Positions 29,840-39,619 of a DNA stretch of 64,000 nucleotides are shown here, one piece after another. This DNA comes from Fibrobacteria bacterium (lineage in GTDB: Bacteria; Fibrobacterota; Fibrobacteria; UBA11236). The translations under genes and the position numbers were made by a program. Numbering within the stretch: the stretch's first letter is position 1; every line of letters begins with the position of its first letter. The notes beneath the pieces were generated by a model. The model had not been told where the DNA came from and searched no databases. It saw only the letters and a list, made by a program, of their open reading frames with translations. The stretch covers positions 94,543 to 158,542 of the forward strand of contig JAYTSD010000004.1 in assembly GCA_043745805.1 (NCBI GenBank), read 5' to 3'.

Positions 29840-29883
29840 AGGGACCTCGAAGTTAAAGGGTAAAAAGCGGCAAGCCGCCGCGC

Positions 29884-30378
29884 TTAATCTTCAAATATGG
29901 TAACAGACATTTCCACGGGATTCACAGGATTATCGCGAAAGTCTTTATCTTCCGCCACGATAGCATCCACAGCATCTAAACCTTCAATCACTTTACCAAA
30001 AGCGCTGTATTGTCCATTTAGGTGAGAAGAATCCGAAGTCATAATAAAAAATTGTGAGGAAGCCGAATTAGGATTGGCGGCGCGCGCCATGGAAACAATG
30101 CCGCGAACATGCGACACATCGCTAAATTCCGCCTTAATATTTTTACCCGATCCACCCGTACCATGTAATTGACGGTCTTTTAATTTGCTATTGGGGTCGC
30201 CACCTTGAATCATGAATCCAGGAATCACGCGATGAAATAAGCAATTTTCATAAAAGCCTTTTTCTGCCAATTCAATAAAGTTTTCCACATGATTGGGCGC
30301 TTTATCACTGAGAAACTCAATAACAATATCTCCATGTCGTGTTGCAATTTTAGCCTTCTTCATGCCATCCTCTTTCAA
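29884..30378 (-). CDS. ppiB: Cyclophilin-type peptidyl-prolyl cis-trans isomerase
   Basis: HRVIPGFMIQGGDP motif. 164 aa cytoplasmic form. The start may be the internal MKKAKI. Confidence 0.8.
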   Translation of the reverse strand: MKEDGMKKAKIATRHGDIVIEFLSDKAPNHVENFIELAEKGFYENCLFHRVIPGFMIQGGDPNSKLKDRQLHGTGGSGKNIKAEFSDVSHVRGIVSMARAANPNSASSQFFIMTSDSSHLNGQYSAFGKVIEGLDAVDAIVAEDKDFRDNPVNPVEMSVTIFED

Positions 30379-30454
30379 AATGCCTCAATATTAAAAAATA
30401 CCTTGCCGACCCTCAAGCATAGGGCGCTGATACTTTTAAGTATTTTCTTAAAGC

Positions 30455-30970
30455 TTAAAGTCTTAAGCTCATTAATACCGCGTCTTCCTGTTTGTCGCTA
30501 TAATAACCTTTTCTTAGGCCCGTTTGCTTAAATCCTAACTTGTCATAAAATGCTAGGGCCGCACTATTTCCAGCACGTGCTTCTAAATGAACGATGCGAT
30601 ATTGCGCCGCTTCGGCCCAAGCTATCATTTGCATTAATAGACTACTCGCCAAACCTTGTCGCCTTTGGGAAGCGTGAATTGCCAAGTTTTGTATTTCTAT
30701 TTCATCTCCCACACCTGAAAAACACAAAAACCCTTTAAACGCTTCCTGCGAGGGTATTTGTTTATTTTCCAAAACCCATCCTTGATAAATAGCATGACTA
30801 AGTGGCGAGACAGCGTTGACCGGAAGGTTACCGGTAATGAATTGTTCCTTCTCACTCAAAAAGGCTTCGAAATGCTCCCAAACCCAAGGTTGAGAATTGG
30901 CTTCACATTCTAGGTTTAATACGTAGGGGCCATCTGCAGCAACCATTGAACGTATCATGGGCGGACTCAT
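30455..30970 (-). CDS. rimI: GNAT N-acetyltransferase, RimI-like by context
   Basis: GNAT Q/RxxGxG/A motif (QRRQGLASSLL). Directly follows tsaB. Confidence 0.55.
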   Translation of the reverse strand: MSPPMIRSMVAADGPYVLNLECEANSQPWVWEHFEAFLSEKEQFITGNLPVNAVSPLSHAIYQGWVLENKQIPSQEAFKGFLCFSGVGDEIEIQNLAIHASQRRQGLASSLLMQMIAWAEAAQYRIVHLEARAGNSAALAFYDKLGFKQTGLRKGYYSDKQEDAVLMSLRL

Positions 30971-30976
30971 CGATTA

Positions 30977-31612
30977 TTATAAAAGGGATAGATTACGTTT
31001 TTGTTCAGCAGCGGAAGCCATAGCATAATTAGGCTTAATGATACCCTTTAGTATGGGATCCTTTTGCATAGCCATTTTAGCGATAGCCGAAAAATTTACT
31101 TGCTGCGAAAATTCCCTTTGCTGCGCAAAGGATTTTACCAATTCAGCTTTTCCAGTCCATTCCCCTGATGTGAGTATTGTCACATATTTATTCGAAACGT
31201 GTTTCAATTCCAGTTCGGTAAAAACTTGTTCCGACAAATCCTGCGCCGCCACAAAAAAATGTCCGGCATTCCCCGGAATAACTGCCAAGGTGGAAGACTC
31301 CGCACAGATTAACATCGACTGCAAAGTGGAAAAAGGATAAATGGGAAGTTGTTTCGCAAAACATAGTCCTTCTACTGCGGCAATGCCCACGCGCACACCA
31401 GTAAAGCTTCCCGGTCCCGTCCCTACACAGGCTAAAGTGAAATCGGCATAGCACAAACCTATTTCCTGCAAGCCGGCCGCAAGCAAATCCAAAACGCTAT
31501 CGCCTCTTTGTCCTGGACAAATTTTTTCCAATAAAGTATTCGAGGTTTCATCAAGCACTGCCCAATAAGGCAGTGCTGAAAGGTCAATTAATAAAGCAAT
31601 TTTGGAGGACAC
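30977..31612 (-). CDS. tsaB: tRNA t6A biosynthesis protein TsaB (YeaZ)
   Basis: 211 aa Kae1/YgjD-like N-terminal half without the metal ligands. tsaB-rimI context. Confidence 0.65.
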   Translation of the reverse strand: MSSKIALLIDLSALPYWAVLDETSNTLLEKICPGQRGDSVLDLLAAGLQEIGLCYADFTLACVGTGPGSFTGVRVGIAAVEGLCFAKQLPIYPFSTLQSMLICAESSTLAVIPGNAGHFFVAAQDLSEQVFTELELKHVSNKYVTILTSGEWTGKAELVKSFAQQREFSQQVNFSAIAKMAMQKDPILKGIIKPNYAMASAAEQKRNLSLL

Positions 31613-32655
31613 TAATTAAACCGCTGCAAACTCTCATGCAAAATATGATTGAGTAATTCTGTATACGAAAGCCCCACGCAAGCAGCTTGCTGGGGTAACA
31701 AAGACATGGGAGTAAATCCTGGCAAATTATTCGTTTCTAAAACAAAAAGTTTATCGCCAACTATGCGAAAATCAGTGCGACTATAAACTGATAATTGCAA
31801 AGCGTGATGACAAGCGCGCGCGATTCGCTGAATTTCTAAAGTTATGGTTTCGGAAAACGGAGCAGGAGTAATTTCTTCGGTACGTCCCTTGGTGTACTTC
31901 GCTTCGAAATTAAAAAAGCCATCTTTAAGTGGTCGAATTTCCGTAGGTGGCAAAGCTTGCCAATGATCAAGCACTCCACAAGTGGCTTCGCCACCGGCTA
32001 AAAAGGCTTCCAATAAAAGTCGTGGGGAACTGCTCAATTTCTTAACCAATGCTTCCAGTTCAACTCTATCTTTGGCGATACCCATGCCCAAACTGGATCC
32101 GCCTAATGGATCTTTAACCACAATGGGATAATGCAAAGTTTTTTCGGCCAAATTTAAGTACTGCGCATTGGCATATTCAGCTTTCAAAAGTATTTGATAA
32201 GGCGCCGTGGGAATACCATTTTGCTGATAAATTTGCTTGGATAAAATTTTGTCCATAGACAAAGCGGAACCGATACTGCCACTGCCCGTAAAAGGCTGTT
32301 GCATCAGCTCGAATAGCCCTTGCAAACGACCATCTTCCCCCCCAATGCCATGCAGGCCAATCAAAAAAATATCGCAGCGGGGGAAGTCCGCGAAAAAAGG
32401 AAAGCGTAGACGTTTCCAATTTGGGGGTGGCGATTGCAAAATAGCTTTAGCTTTTTCGGGAGTAAAATCCACGAATTCACCCGCCTTATAAGTGCTTGGC
32501 CAAATCCATTCATTCTCAAGGGAAATGAGTACCGGAAAGCCAGTGAAACGAGTGGTATCGAGCGAACGCAACATGCCAGCTCCCGAAACTAAAGAAACCG
32601 GCTGTTCCGAAGAAATCCCCCCGAACAAAACTCCAACCGAAAGTGGTGTGGACAT
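31612..32655 (-). CDS. ddl: D-alanine--D-alanine ligase
   Basis: ATP-grasp motifs. HGIGGEDGRLQGLFELMQQPFTGSGSIGSALSMDK is typical of Ddl. Confidence 0.8.
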   Translation of the reverse strand: MSTPLSVGVLFGGISSEQPVSLVSGAGMLRSLDTTRFTGFPVLISLENEWIWPSTYKAGEFVDFTPEKAKAILQSPPPNWKRLRFPFFADFPRCDIFLIGLHGIGGEDGRLQGLFELMQQPFTGSGSIGSALSMDKILSKQIYQQNGIPTAPYQILLKAEYANAQYLNLAEKTLHYPIVVKDPLGGSSLGMGIAKDRVELEALVKKLSSSPRLLLEAFLAGGEATCGVLDHWQALPPTEIRPLKDGFFNFEAKYTKGRTEEITPAPFSETITLEIQRIARACHHALQLSVYSRTDFRIVGDKLFVLETNNLPGFTPMSLLPQQAACVGLSYTELLNHILHESLQRFN

Positions 32656-32657
32656 CT

Positions 32658-32867
32658 TTACCCCAAGTCTAAAATACTGCCCGCTGGTTTATCACTTTCA
32701 AAAAAGTCTTCTTTAAAATAATTAAAGCCTTCTTCATCGTTGGAATAGCCCGTAGCGGCATAATTTTGGAAAAAAAATCGTAAAGCCGCATCTCGGGTAT
32801 CGAGTTCGACCAATTGGTGAATGAGTAGACTATCAGCATTCATAAAAGCAATAACATATTTAGGCAT
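32658..32867 (-). CDS. Small hypothetical protein (69 aa) coupled upstream of ddl
   Basis: Only 2-nt gap to the ddl start. No recognisable motif. Confidence 0.3.
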   Translation of the reverse strand: MPKYVIAFMNADSLLIHQLVELDTRDAALRFFFQNYAATGYSNDEEGFNYFKEDFFESDKPAGSILDLG

Positions 32868-32942
32868 AGCAATAAAGATAAACAGTTATTTTCCATCTTC
32901 CGAGACCTTGTCTTCAGGTTTTCAAAATGGCATGCTTAGTCC

Positions 32943-33101
32943 ATGTTAATTTCAGAATTCCATCAAAAATTGGCAGCGATACGCCAAAAAGTAAATGCTC
33001 AACAAGAAATCACCGAGGAGGAGCGCAAGCTTTGGTTATGCGCCTTACTCCTCGAAAAATCAACCCAGCAAGAACGCCAGTATCAAACTAAAAGCGCATG
33101 A
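32943..33101 (+). CDS. Small helical ORF (52 aa) whose TGA overlaps the ATG of the downstream GT9 gene (ATGA)
   Basis: MLISEFHQKLAAIRQKVNAQQEITEEERKLWLCALLLEKSTQQERQYQTKSA. Translational-coupling geometry. Not in the ORF track because it is shorter than 60 aa. Confidence 0.3.
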   Translation: MLISEFHQKLAAIRQKVNAQQEITEEERKLWLCALLLEKSTQQERQYQTKSA

Positions 33102-34633
33102 AAATTCTACTGATACTGCCACATAATCCGGGTGATGTTTTAATGGGTTTGCAAGTGGCTAAGCTTTTGCATTATTATCCCGCTGTATCCATTGATTTTA
33201 TTGTGGGCGAAGAAAGCCAAGAGTTAGTGCAGGGATTCAGTGGTATTCAACACGTTTGGGTTTTGCCGCGTAAAGAAATAAAAAAAAACGCCGCAGAAAA
33301 TAACTTTGATAATGCGATAAATATCACAACACGTTTTGTCGACCAACTTGCCAATCAGCATTATGATTTATCCGCCAATTTATTCCAAGAAACTTATGGA
33401 GGCGTATTACAAAGCTTAATCCATGCCGAAGTTAAAATTGGTCTCGAATGGGAAGATGGCGCCTTACAAGTTAAATCCCGCTGGATGGAACATTTATTTG
33501 CTATCCCCGTAAATCGCTCCCAAAATCCTTGGCACGTGGTCGATATTTTTCATTTGGCCATCAAGCAAGCTTTGAATTTAAAAATCCAACATTCTCTGCA
33601 AAATGCTTTGCATTTTTTTAGGCCCATAGATTATTTTGTCGCTTTACCACAAAAGCCACCGTTTGAGTTACCTGCCTTATATACGGTACTCCATATAGGT
33701 GCAGCTTGGCCTGGCAAACGTTGGCCGCTTTCTCATTGGGCAGAATTAACTTATTTGTTTTTGCAAGATCAGCAGAATTTAGTTTTTACCGGCACGCAAG
33801 AAGAGCTTAATCTTTTCGATGAATTAGTGCAATTAGTACAACCGATGAAAGGATTTTCTTTTCAAAGAATTGTTAAGGCTATAGGAAAAACGTCTTGGAA
33901 GGAAAGCGCCTATATTCTTAAAAATGCGCAAAGAGTGATCACCGGTGATACAGCGGTTATGCATTTAGCAGCAGCATTTACTACACCATGCTTTTGCCTG
34001 TTTGGTTCGTCCAATCCAGTAGAAACTGGGCCATATGGCGAAGGCCATTTTATTCTGCAAAATAATATTGAAATTCCCGAAAATTTACCTTGGGAAAAAC
34101 CATCGCCGGATCTGGCCGCCATTAGTCCACAAGTCCTTGCCGATTTGATTTTAAAACGACGCATCCCCAAAAATATTTTTTATTGGGAAAGTAAATGGAA
34201 CAAAGAAAATTTCACTTTAGAATTATATGATGCGCAAGAAAAACGTCATCCTTTTCAAATCCCAAATACGAGTTTTCAAAAAATAATGCAAAATCAATTT
34301 GTGAAATTATCCCATGCCTCCCTCTCCTCAGTAGGCTTAGCTAATAGACTGGAACAAGCGAAACCGCAATCCCATTCCGAAAGATCTCACTTTGATCTTG
34401 CGCAAGCTCTATTGCGGCAATTAGAGATAGCCATAGCCAAACCCTTGCCGGAAGTTTTAGCCCTCTTAGAGGATTTGGAAAAAAAATGGGCCGAAGCCAC
34501 TTATCAGGAATGCATTTGGGAAGCCTATCGCATCGCCTTAAATGGCATGCCGATGAAAAATTTACTGGATTATTTAAAAAGCCGACAACAGCGCTTTTTA
34601 CAAGCCTTTGACGAAGCCCTACTATTATTTTAA
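33098..34633 (+). CDS. Glycosyltransferase family 9 (heptosyltransferase-like) with a C-terminal helical extension
   Basis: MKILLILPHNPGDVLMGLQVAKLL N-terminus and a ...GDTAVMHLAAA motif of GT9. Confidence 0.65.
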   Translation: MKILLILPHNPGDVLMGLQVAKLLHYYPAVSIDFIVGEESQELVQGFSGIQHVWVLPRKEIKKNAAENNFDNAINITTRFVDQLANQHYDLSANLFQETYGGVLQSLIHAEVKIGLEWEDGALQVKSRWMEHLFAIPVNRSQNPWHVVDIFHLAIKQALNLKIQHSLQNALHFFRPIDYFVALPQKPPFELPALYTVLHIGAAWPGKRWPLSHWAELTYLFLQDQQNLVFTGTQEELNLFDELVQLVQPMKGFSFQRIVKAIGKTSWKESAYILKNAQRVITGDTAVMHLAAAFTTPCFCLFGSSNPVETGPYGEGHFILQNNIEIPENLPWEKPSPDLAAISPQVLADLILKRRIPKNIFYWESKWNKENFTLELYDAQEKRHPFQIPNTSFQKIMQNQFVKLSHASLSSVGLANRLEQAKPQSHSERSHFDLAQALLRQLEIAIAKPLPEVLALLEDLEKKWAEATYQECIWEAYRIALNGMPMKNLLDYLKSRQQRFLQAFDEALLLF

Positions 34634-34722
34634 TGCTCTGAATTAAAACGTTAATCGCTTTAAGATGACTCCATCCTAAAACTAAAGTAAAATTACCTTA
34701 TTGGAAATTAGGAAGGACTCTC

Positions 34723-35826
34723 ATGTTTAGTAATGGCTGGAAAACCATTACCTTGTACTTACTGCTTTTAGTAGCCGCAATACTGCTTTGCCATTTTTCC
34801 CAACCCACCCATTTTATTTTAGCCTATAGTTTAATTTTATTGCTCTGCGTCTTAGTGATTGTTTTACATCGCATGGCCAGCCAGTTTTTAGAAAATTATC
34901 AAACCGCTTCGCTCAACAAAAAACGCTTAGAAACCAAAGCATGGTATTTTGAATCGGTTATCGCCAATTCTGGTAACATTATTTTCACCACCGATATAGA
35001 TCATCGCATTCTCAAATTCAATCGGGGATCCGAAAAAACTTTTTTGCAATTGCAAACCGAAGCCTTAGGCAAAGAGGTATTCACCTTATTTGAAAAACCC
35101 GATGAAATAAAATCTTTATTAGAAAAAGTCGAAAAAGAAGGCTTTGCCGAAATTCCAGAATTACAGATCACTCGTCCTGGCAGTGAAAAGATTTGGATCT
35201 CGGTGAGCATTTCGCGTATGTATAATCGTGAACAACAAATTATGGGTGAAGTTTTTAATTGCGCCAATATTACCCAACGCAAATTATTAGAAGAACAATT
35301 GCAAATAAAAAATGATCAACTACTACACTTGTCTATTACCGATGGTTTAACGGGTTTATTTAATATTCGCCATTTGCATCAAGAATTAGAAAAGCTGACG
35401 AAGACTTTAAAACGTTTTCCCGATCGCAAACTTTCGCTAGCTTTAATCGACGTCGATCATTTTAAAGATTATAATGACAGCAAAGGCCATCAAGCGGGTG
35501 ATTTATTATTGATTCAACTTAGTAATATTTTTACTACTACTTTACGCCTAGATTTAGATTCGGCTTATCGCTATGGTGGAGATGAATTTGTACTACTCCT
35601 GCCCGACACCAATGCCGAAGGCGCGCAAGTCATTTGTGAAAGAATTTTATCCGTCTATCGCAAAGAGCAAAATGCGCCTACGTCTTTATCTATAGGGATT
35701 GCACAGTTCTCGGAAGTGGAAATAAGCAAGGACAATGGGAAAATGGTGAAGGATTTTATTGAGCAGGCGGATGCCGCGATGTATAAGATTAAATGTGCAG
35801 GCGGAGATGGGGTGCGGGTGGTTTAG
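34723..35826 (+). CDS. PAS-GGDEF diguanylate cyclase (2 N-terminal TM segments)
   Basis: GGDEF active-site motif YRYGGDEFVLLLPD. PAS-like segment. Confidence 0.8.
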   Translation: MFSNGWKTITLYLLLLVAAILLCHFSQPTHFILAYSLILLLCVLVIVLHRMASQFLENYQTASLNKKRLETKAWYFESVIANSGNIIFTTDIDHRILKFNRGSEKTFLQLQTEALGKEVFTLFEKPDEIKSLLEKVEKEGFAEIPELQITRPGSEKIWISVSISRMYNREQQIMGEVFNCANITQRKLLEEQLQIKNDQLLHLSITDGLTGLFNIRHLHQELEKLTKTLKRFPDRKLSLALIDVDHFKDYNDSKGHQAGDLLLIQLSNIFTTTLRLDLDSAYRYGGDEFVLLLPDTNAEGAQVICERILSVYRKEQNAPTSLSIGIAQFSEVEISKDNGKMVKDFIEQADAAMYKIKCAGGDGVRVV

Positions 35827-35856
35827 CGAAATCTCGCTTCTTTCCTCTGCGCAAAT

Positions 35857-37005
35857 TCAATTCAATCGCTTACGCCTATTCTTAGTATAATCCACAAAAA
35901 TCGATTCGCCCAATTTATCCAACCCCGTAAAAAAAGCTTGGCCTGCGCAGAGCTTGCTAAACTCCTCCACAAATTCAATTAGATAAGCATCCTGCGCCAC
36001 CATAAAGGTACAGACACGAATGTTTTGCTTGCGGCAATTACGCGCCTCCGCATAAGTTTTGGAAAGCACAAGCGGATCTAAGCCAAAAGAATTTTTATAC
36101 AAGCGACCGCGATCAAAGACCGCAGAGGGTTTCCCATCAGTGACCATAAAAATTTGCTTATTCCCATTGGGGCGGCGACGTAACAATTGTTGAGCTAAAC
36201 GCAAACCATCGCAAGTATTGGTATGAAAAGGCCCTACCGCAACATGCGCGATACTGTCCGCAGGAATCACTTTTGCTTCGTCCCCAAAAGTAATAACATC
36301 AATACTGTCTTGCGGATAATGGCGACGAACATGCTCCACCAATGCAATGGCAGTCATCTTGGCAGGAGTAATGCGGTCTTCGCCATATAAAATCATACTA
36401 TGGCTAATATCTAACATTAAAACCGTAGAACAATTGGAAAGATTTTCTCTTTCATACACTTCAAAATCTTCATCACGTAAAGGATCTTCTTCGCGATAAA
36501 TTCCAAAACTCTCCGCTTCTTCGGCAGCACCAAAAGTATTTTCAACATTGGGAATAGTGCGCTTGAAATAATTTTCATAGCTGGTTTTAAAATCCACATC
36601 GCCGGCCGCATCGCCAAAGCGATAGGGACGAGTTTCCGCTTGTCGCTCTCCCCCATTACCAAGTTTCCCGGTATTGTGGCCGCCTTTAAAACCTTGTCTT
36701 AAGCCTTTAAACAAATGATCGTAAACCGAATTGCGCAACAAAGTATTGCCCTTAGGCGTAAGATTTGCACCGTCTAAATCGCGTTTTAAAATACCTTTTT
36801 CTTCTAGCTCTTGAAGTATATCCTCAAAGGTGCGGTCGCGATTAGTAATGCCGTATTGCTCTGCGATGCGACGCAGCCATTCCAAAGCTTGCTCGGCATT
36901 TCCATTACTACGCAAATAAAGTTGCATGAAAAGATCGGCAACATCTATCGGTTCCCCTTGCAAAGGCATCGGTAAATCTTGCTGTTCTGAATAACGAATC
37001 TCCAT
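35857..37005 (-). CDS. von Willebrand factor A (VWA) domain protein, ChlD/CoxE-like partner of the upstream AAA+ ATPase
   Basis: MIDAS DISHSM (DxSxS). 382 aa. Confidence 0.65.
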   Translation of the reverse strand: MEIRYSEQQDLPMPLQGEPIDVADLFMQLYLRSNGNAEQALEWLRRIAEQYGITNRDRTFEDILQELEEKGILKRDLDGANLTPKGNTLLRNSVYDHLFKGLRQGFKGGHNTGKLGNGGERQAETRPYRFGDAAGDVDFKTSYENYFKRTIPNVENTFGAAEEAESFGIYREEDPLRDEDFEVYERENLSNCSTVLMLDISHSMILYGEDRITPAKMTAIALVEHVRRHYPQDSIDVITFGDEAKVIPADSIAHVAVGPFHTNTCDGLRLAQQLLRRRPNGNKQIFMVTDGKPSAVFDRGRLYKNSFGLDPLVLSKTYAEARNCRKQNIRVCTFMVAQDAYLIEFVEEFSKLCAGQAFFTGLDKLGESIFVDYTKNRRKRLN

Positions 37006-37006
37006 G

Positions 37007-38521
37007 TTACCCTCGCATAATATCCATCATCATGTCGCGATAAACAAAACCTTCGGTTAAGTTTTCCTTACTTAAACGCGCATGTGAAGACAAGCCTTCT
37101 AAGAGAAATTCTCGCAATACCTGGCGCGGACCGAGGGTATCCAGCGCGATACCTGGCAAAATAGCTTTCGCTAAAGTGTCATCTAATCCACTGACTTCTT
37201 GAATGGCTGTGGCATAGGCATTTTCCTGCAAAGTGTCGCTCATGGTTAAGCTATTGCCTTTAGCAAACCAAGACAGTACCGCATAATAAGGATTTTCTTC
37301 GGGAGATTTTTCCTTCTTATTATAGGGATCGCGGAAGTAATTATGAAACACGGTTTTAACCGCTCGCGCAATTAAGGCACGTGCAATATTCGCAGGGCCT
37401 TCTTGCTCCCCCGCATACACCAATTCTAATTTTCCGGTTAATGCCGGCACTACACTTTCTAAATCCATAAAGCGGGCAGTAGCTTTCTTTTCATTATTTT
37501 TCCGCGCCCGTAATTCCACTGAACTCGCTAATAATTCATAGGCGGCAATGGATAACCTCGCGGATACCCCAGATTTTTGATCCACATAATCTTTGTCTGC
37601 ACGCGCTTCAAAAGCAATTTGCTCGGCTACTTGTTGAATCAGTTTAGGAATTTCAATCACCAATCCCTCAGGATTTAAATTGACCGCTGCTTCTTGTTGC
37701 GTAATTTCCATCGCCGTTTCTACATTTTTAGGATAATGCGTAATGATTTGTGAATCAATACGATCTTTAAGTGGAGTGATAATATTACCCCGATTCGTAT
37801 AGTCTTCAGGATTAGCGGAAAAGGCCATCATCAAATCCAAAGGAAAACGCAAACGAAAGCCGCGAATTTGAATATCACGCTCTTCCATAATATTAAGCAA
37901 TGCCACTTGTATACGCGCCTGCAAATCAGGCAATTCATTGATCACAAAAATTCCACGATTGGTGCGCGGAATAATTCCAAATTGAATAATGCCTTCATGT
38001 CCATAAGTCAATTTATGCTGAATCGCTTTAACCGGATCAATATCTCCAATCAAATCTCCAATAGAGACATCAGGGGTTGCCAGTTTTTCCCCATAACGTT
38101 TATCGCGCCCAATCCATTCAATAGGGGTCTCGTCACCATGGGATGCGATTTGATCGCGACCAAATTTTGAAATAGGCGCTAAAGGATCATCATTGACTTC
38201 GCTGCCTGCAATAATGGGGATTTGTTCATCTAAAAAATCCACCAGCTGACGTAACAAGCGTGTTTTCCCTTGTCCGCGTAAACCTAATAATAAAATATCA
38301 TGCTGCGCCAATAGGGCATGCTGTAATTGTTTTTTAACCGTGTCTTGATAACCTAAGAGGCCTGGTAATAAAGGCTGCCCACTTTTTAATTTCTCAATCA
38401 AATTGTCACGCATTTCTTGCTTCACTGTTTTGGAACGGTAACCGCTGCGTTTCAATGCGCCTAAAGTTTGCTGGCTGGCAATTAATGCGCTAGTGGATTT
38501 GGTATTAACCATAGATGCCAT
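37007..38521 (-). CDS. ChlI/BchI-family (Mg-chelatase-like, Lon-related) AAA+ ATPase
   Basis: Walker A GLRGQGKTRL. ALLNIMEERDIQIRGFRLRFPLDLMMAFSANP matches the ChlI sensor/arginine-finger region. Confidence 0.6.
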   Translation of the reverse strand: MASMVNTKSTSALIASQQTLGALKRSGYRSKTVKQEMRDNLIEKLKSGQPLLPGLLGYQDTVKKQLQHALLAQHDILLLGLRGQGKTRLLRQLVDFLDEQIPIIAGSEVNDDPLAPISKFGRDQIASHGDETPIEWIGRDKRYGEKLATPDVSIGDLIGDIDPVKAIQHKLTYGHEGIIQFGIIPRTNRGIFVINELPDLQARIQVALLNIMEERDIQIRGFRLRFPLDLMMAFSANPEDYTNRGNIITPLKDRIDSQIITHYPKNVETAMEITQQEAAVNLNPEGLVIEIPKLIQQVAEQIAFEARADKDYVDQKSGVSARLSIAAYELLASSVELRARKNNEKKATARFMDLESVVPALTGKLELVYAGEQEGPANIARALIARAVKTVFHNYFRDPYNKKEKSPEENPYYAVLSWFAKGNSLTMSDTLQENAYATAIQEVSGLDDTLAKAILPGIALDTLGPRQVLREFLLEGLSSHARLSKENLTEGFVYRDMMMDIMRG

Positions 38522-38526
38522 AAAGA

Positions 38527-39510
38527 TTAACTCCTCTCGGAATGCGCTCTATACGCCTTCCATGTGGTGGATAGTAAAGTATGCACATCACTATATTGTG
38601 CCTTCCAACCTAACAATTCATGGGCTAAAGCGGAAGTGGCCACGGTTTTAGCGGTATCGCCAGGTCGCCGCCCCACCATTTCATAGGAAATTTTTCTTCC
38701 ACTAATTTCTTCCGCGCATTTCACCATTTCTAAAACGCTTAAGCCATTTTCCGAACCTAAATTCACGGTTATACTTTTTCCCGACTTCACTATGGCTTCT
38801 AAGGCTAATTTATGCGCGGAAGCCAAGTCATTCACATGCACATAGTCGCGAACGCCGGTACCATCGGGTGTAGCATAGTCATTACCAAATATTTGCAATT
38901 TAGCGCGCGTGCCCATTGCCGCTTCCATAATCACCGGAACTAAATTAGCTGGGTTTTGTTCCAATCCACAAAGCTCACCTTCCACATCATATCCTGCCGC
39001 ATTAAAATAACGCAGAGCCGCAAATTTTAAGCCTTTTAATTTATCATACCATTGCAAAAAATGTTCAATCGCCAACTTGGTATAGCCATAATAATTATCT
39101 GGATTTTGCGGATGTTTTTCATCGATAGGCAAATAGGTTGGCTCGCCGTAAACTGCTGCCGAAGACGAAAACACAAAATTTTTGATGCCATTTTCAATGG
39201 CGGCATGAATAAGATTTAAAGATCCAGAAATATTATTATTAGAATATTTTTCCGGCACTAACATGGATTCACCCGCGGCCTTAAAAGCGGCCAAGTGAAT
39301 TAAAGCGTCAAAGCGAAATTCTTTACAAACGCACTGCAAGGCCAAAGGATCCAAAATATCTCCATGACGGAAAATGGATCTGGGTAAAATATTTTGCCGT
39401 AAGCCACTGGAAAGATTATCAAATATCACTACTTCATAATTACTCGCTAATAATGTTTTGCAAACATGAGAACCAATATATCCGGCTCCGCCTACAACTA
39501 AAACTTTCAC
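38527..39510 (-). CDS. galE: UDP-glucose 4-epimerase
   Basis: MKVLVVGGAGYIGSHV Rossmann motif and YxxxK. 327 aa. Confidence 0.8.
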   Translation of the reverse strand: MKVLVVGGAGYIGSHVCKTLLASNYEVVIFDNLSSGLRQNILPRSIFRHGDILDPLALQCVCKEFRFDALIHLAAFKAAGESMLVPEKYSNNNISGSLNLIHAAIENGIKNFVFSSSAAVYGEPTYLPIDEKHPQNPDNYYGYTKLAIEHFLQWYDKLKGLKFAALRYFNAAGYDVEGELCGLEQNPANLVPVIMEAAMGTRAKLQIFGNDYATPDGTGVRDYVHVNDLASAHKLALEAIVKSGKSITVNLGSENGLSVLEMVKCAEEISGRKISYEMVGRRPGDTAKTVATSALAHELLGWKAQYSDVHTLLSTTWKAYRAHSERS

Positions 39511-39619
39511 AAAAGCTCCTTATAAATCATTGAAGGGATAAATTAGCAAATGTTAATCCTTGGAAGTTAAGCAACAGACTTTGAAATTAAAGTCCCTGAT
39601 TTTTTTGGGGGGCTACGGC

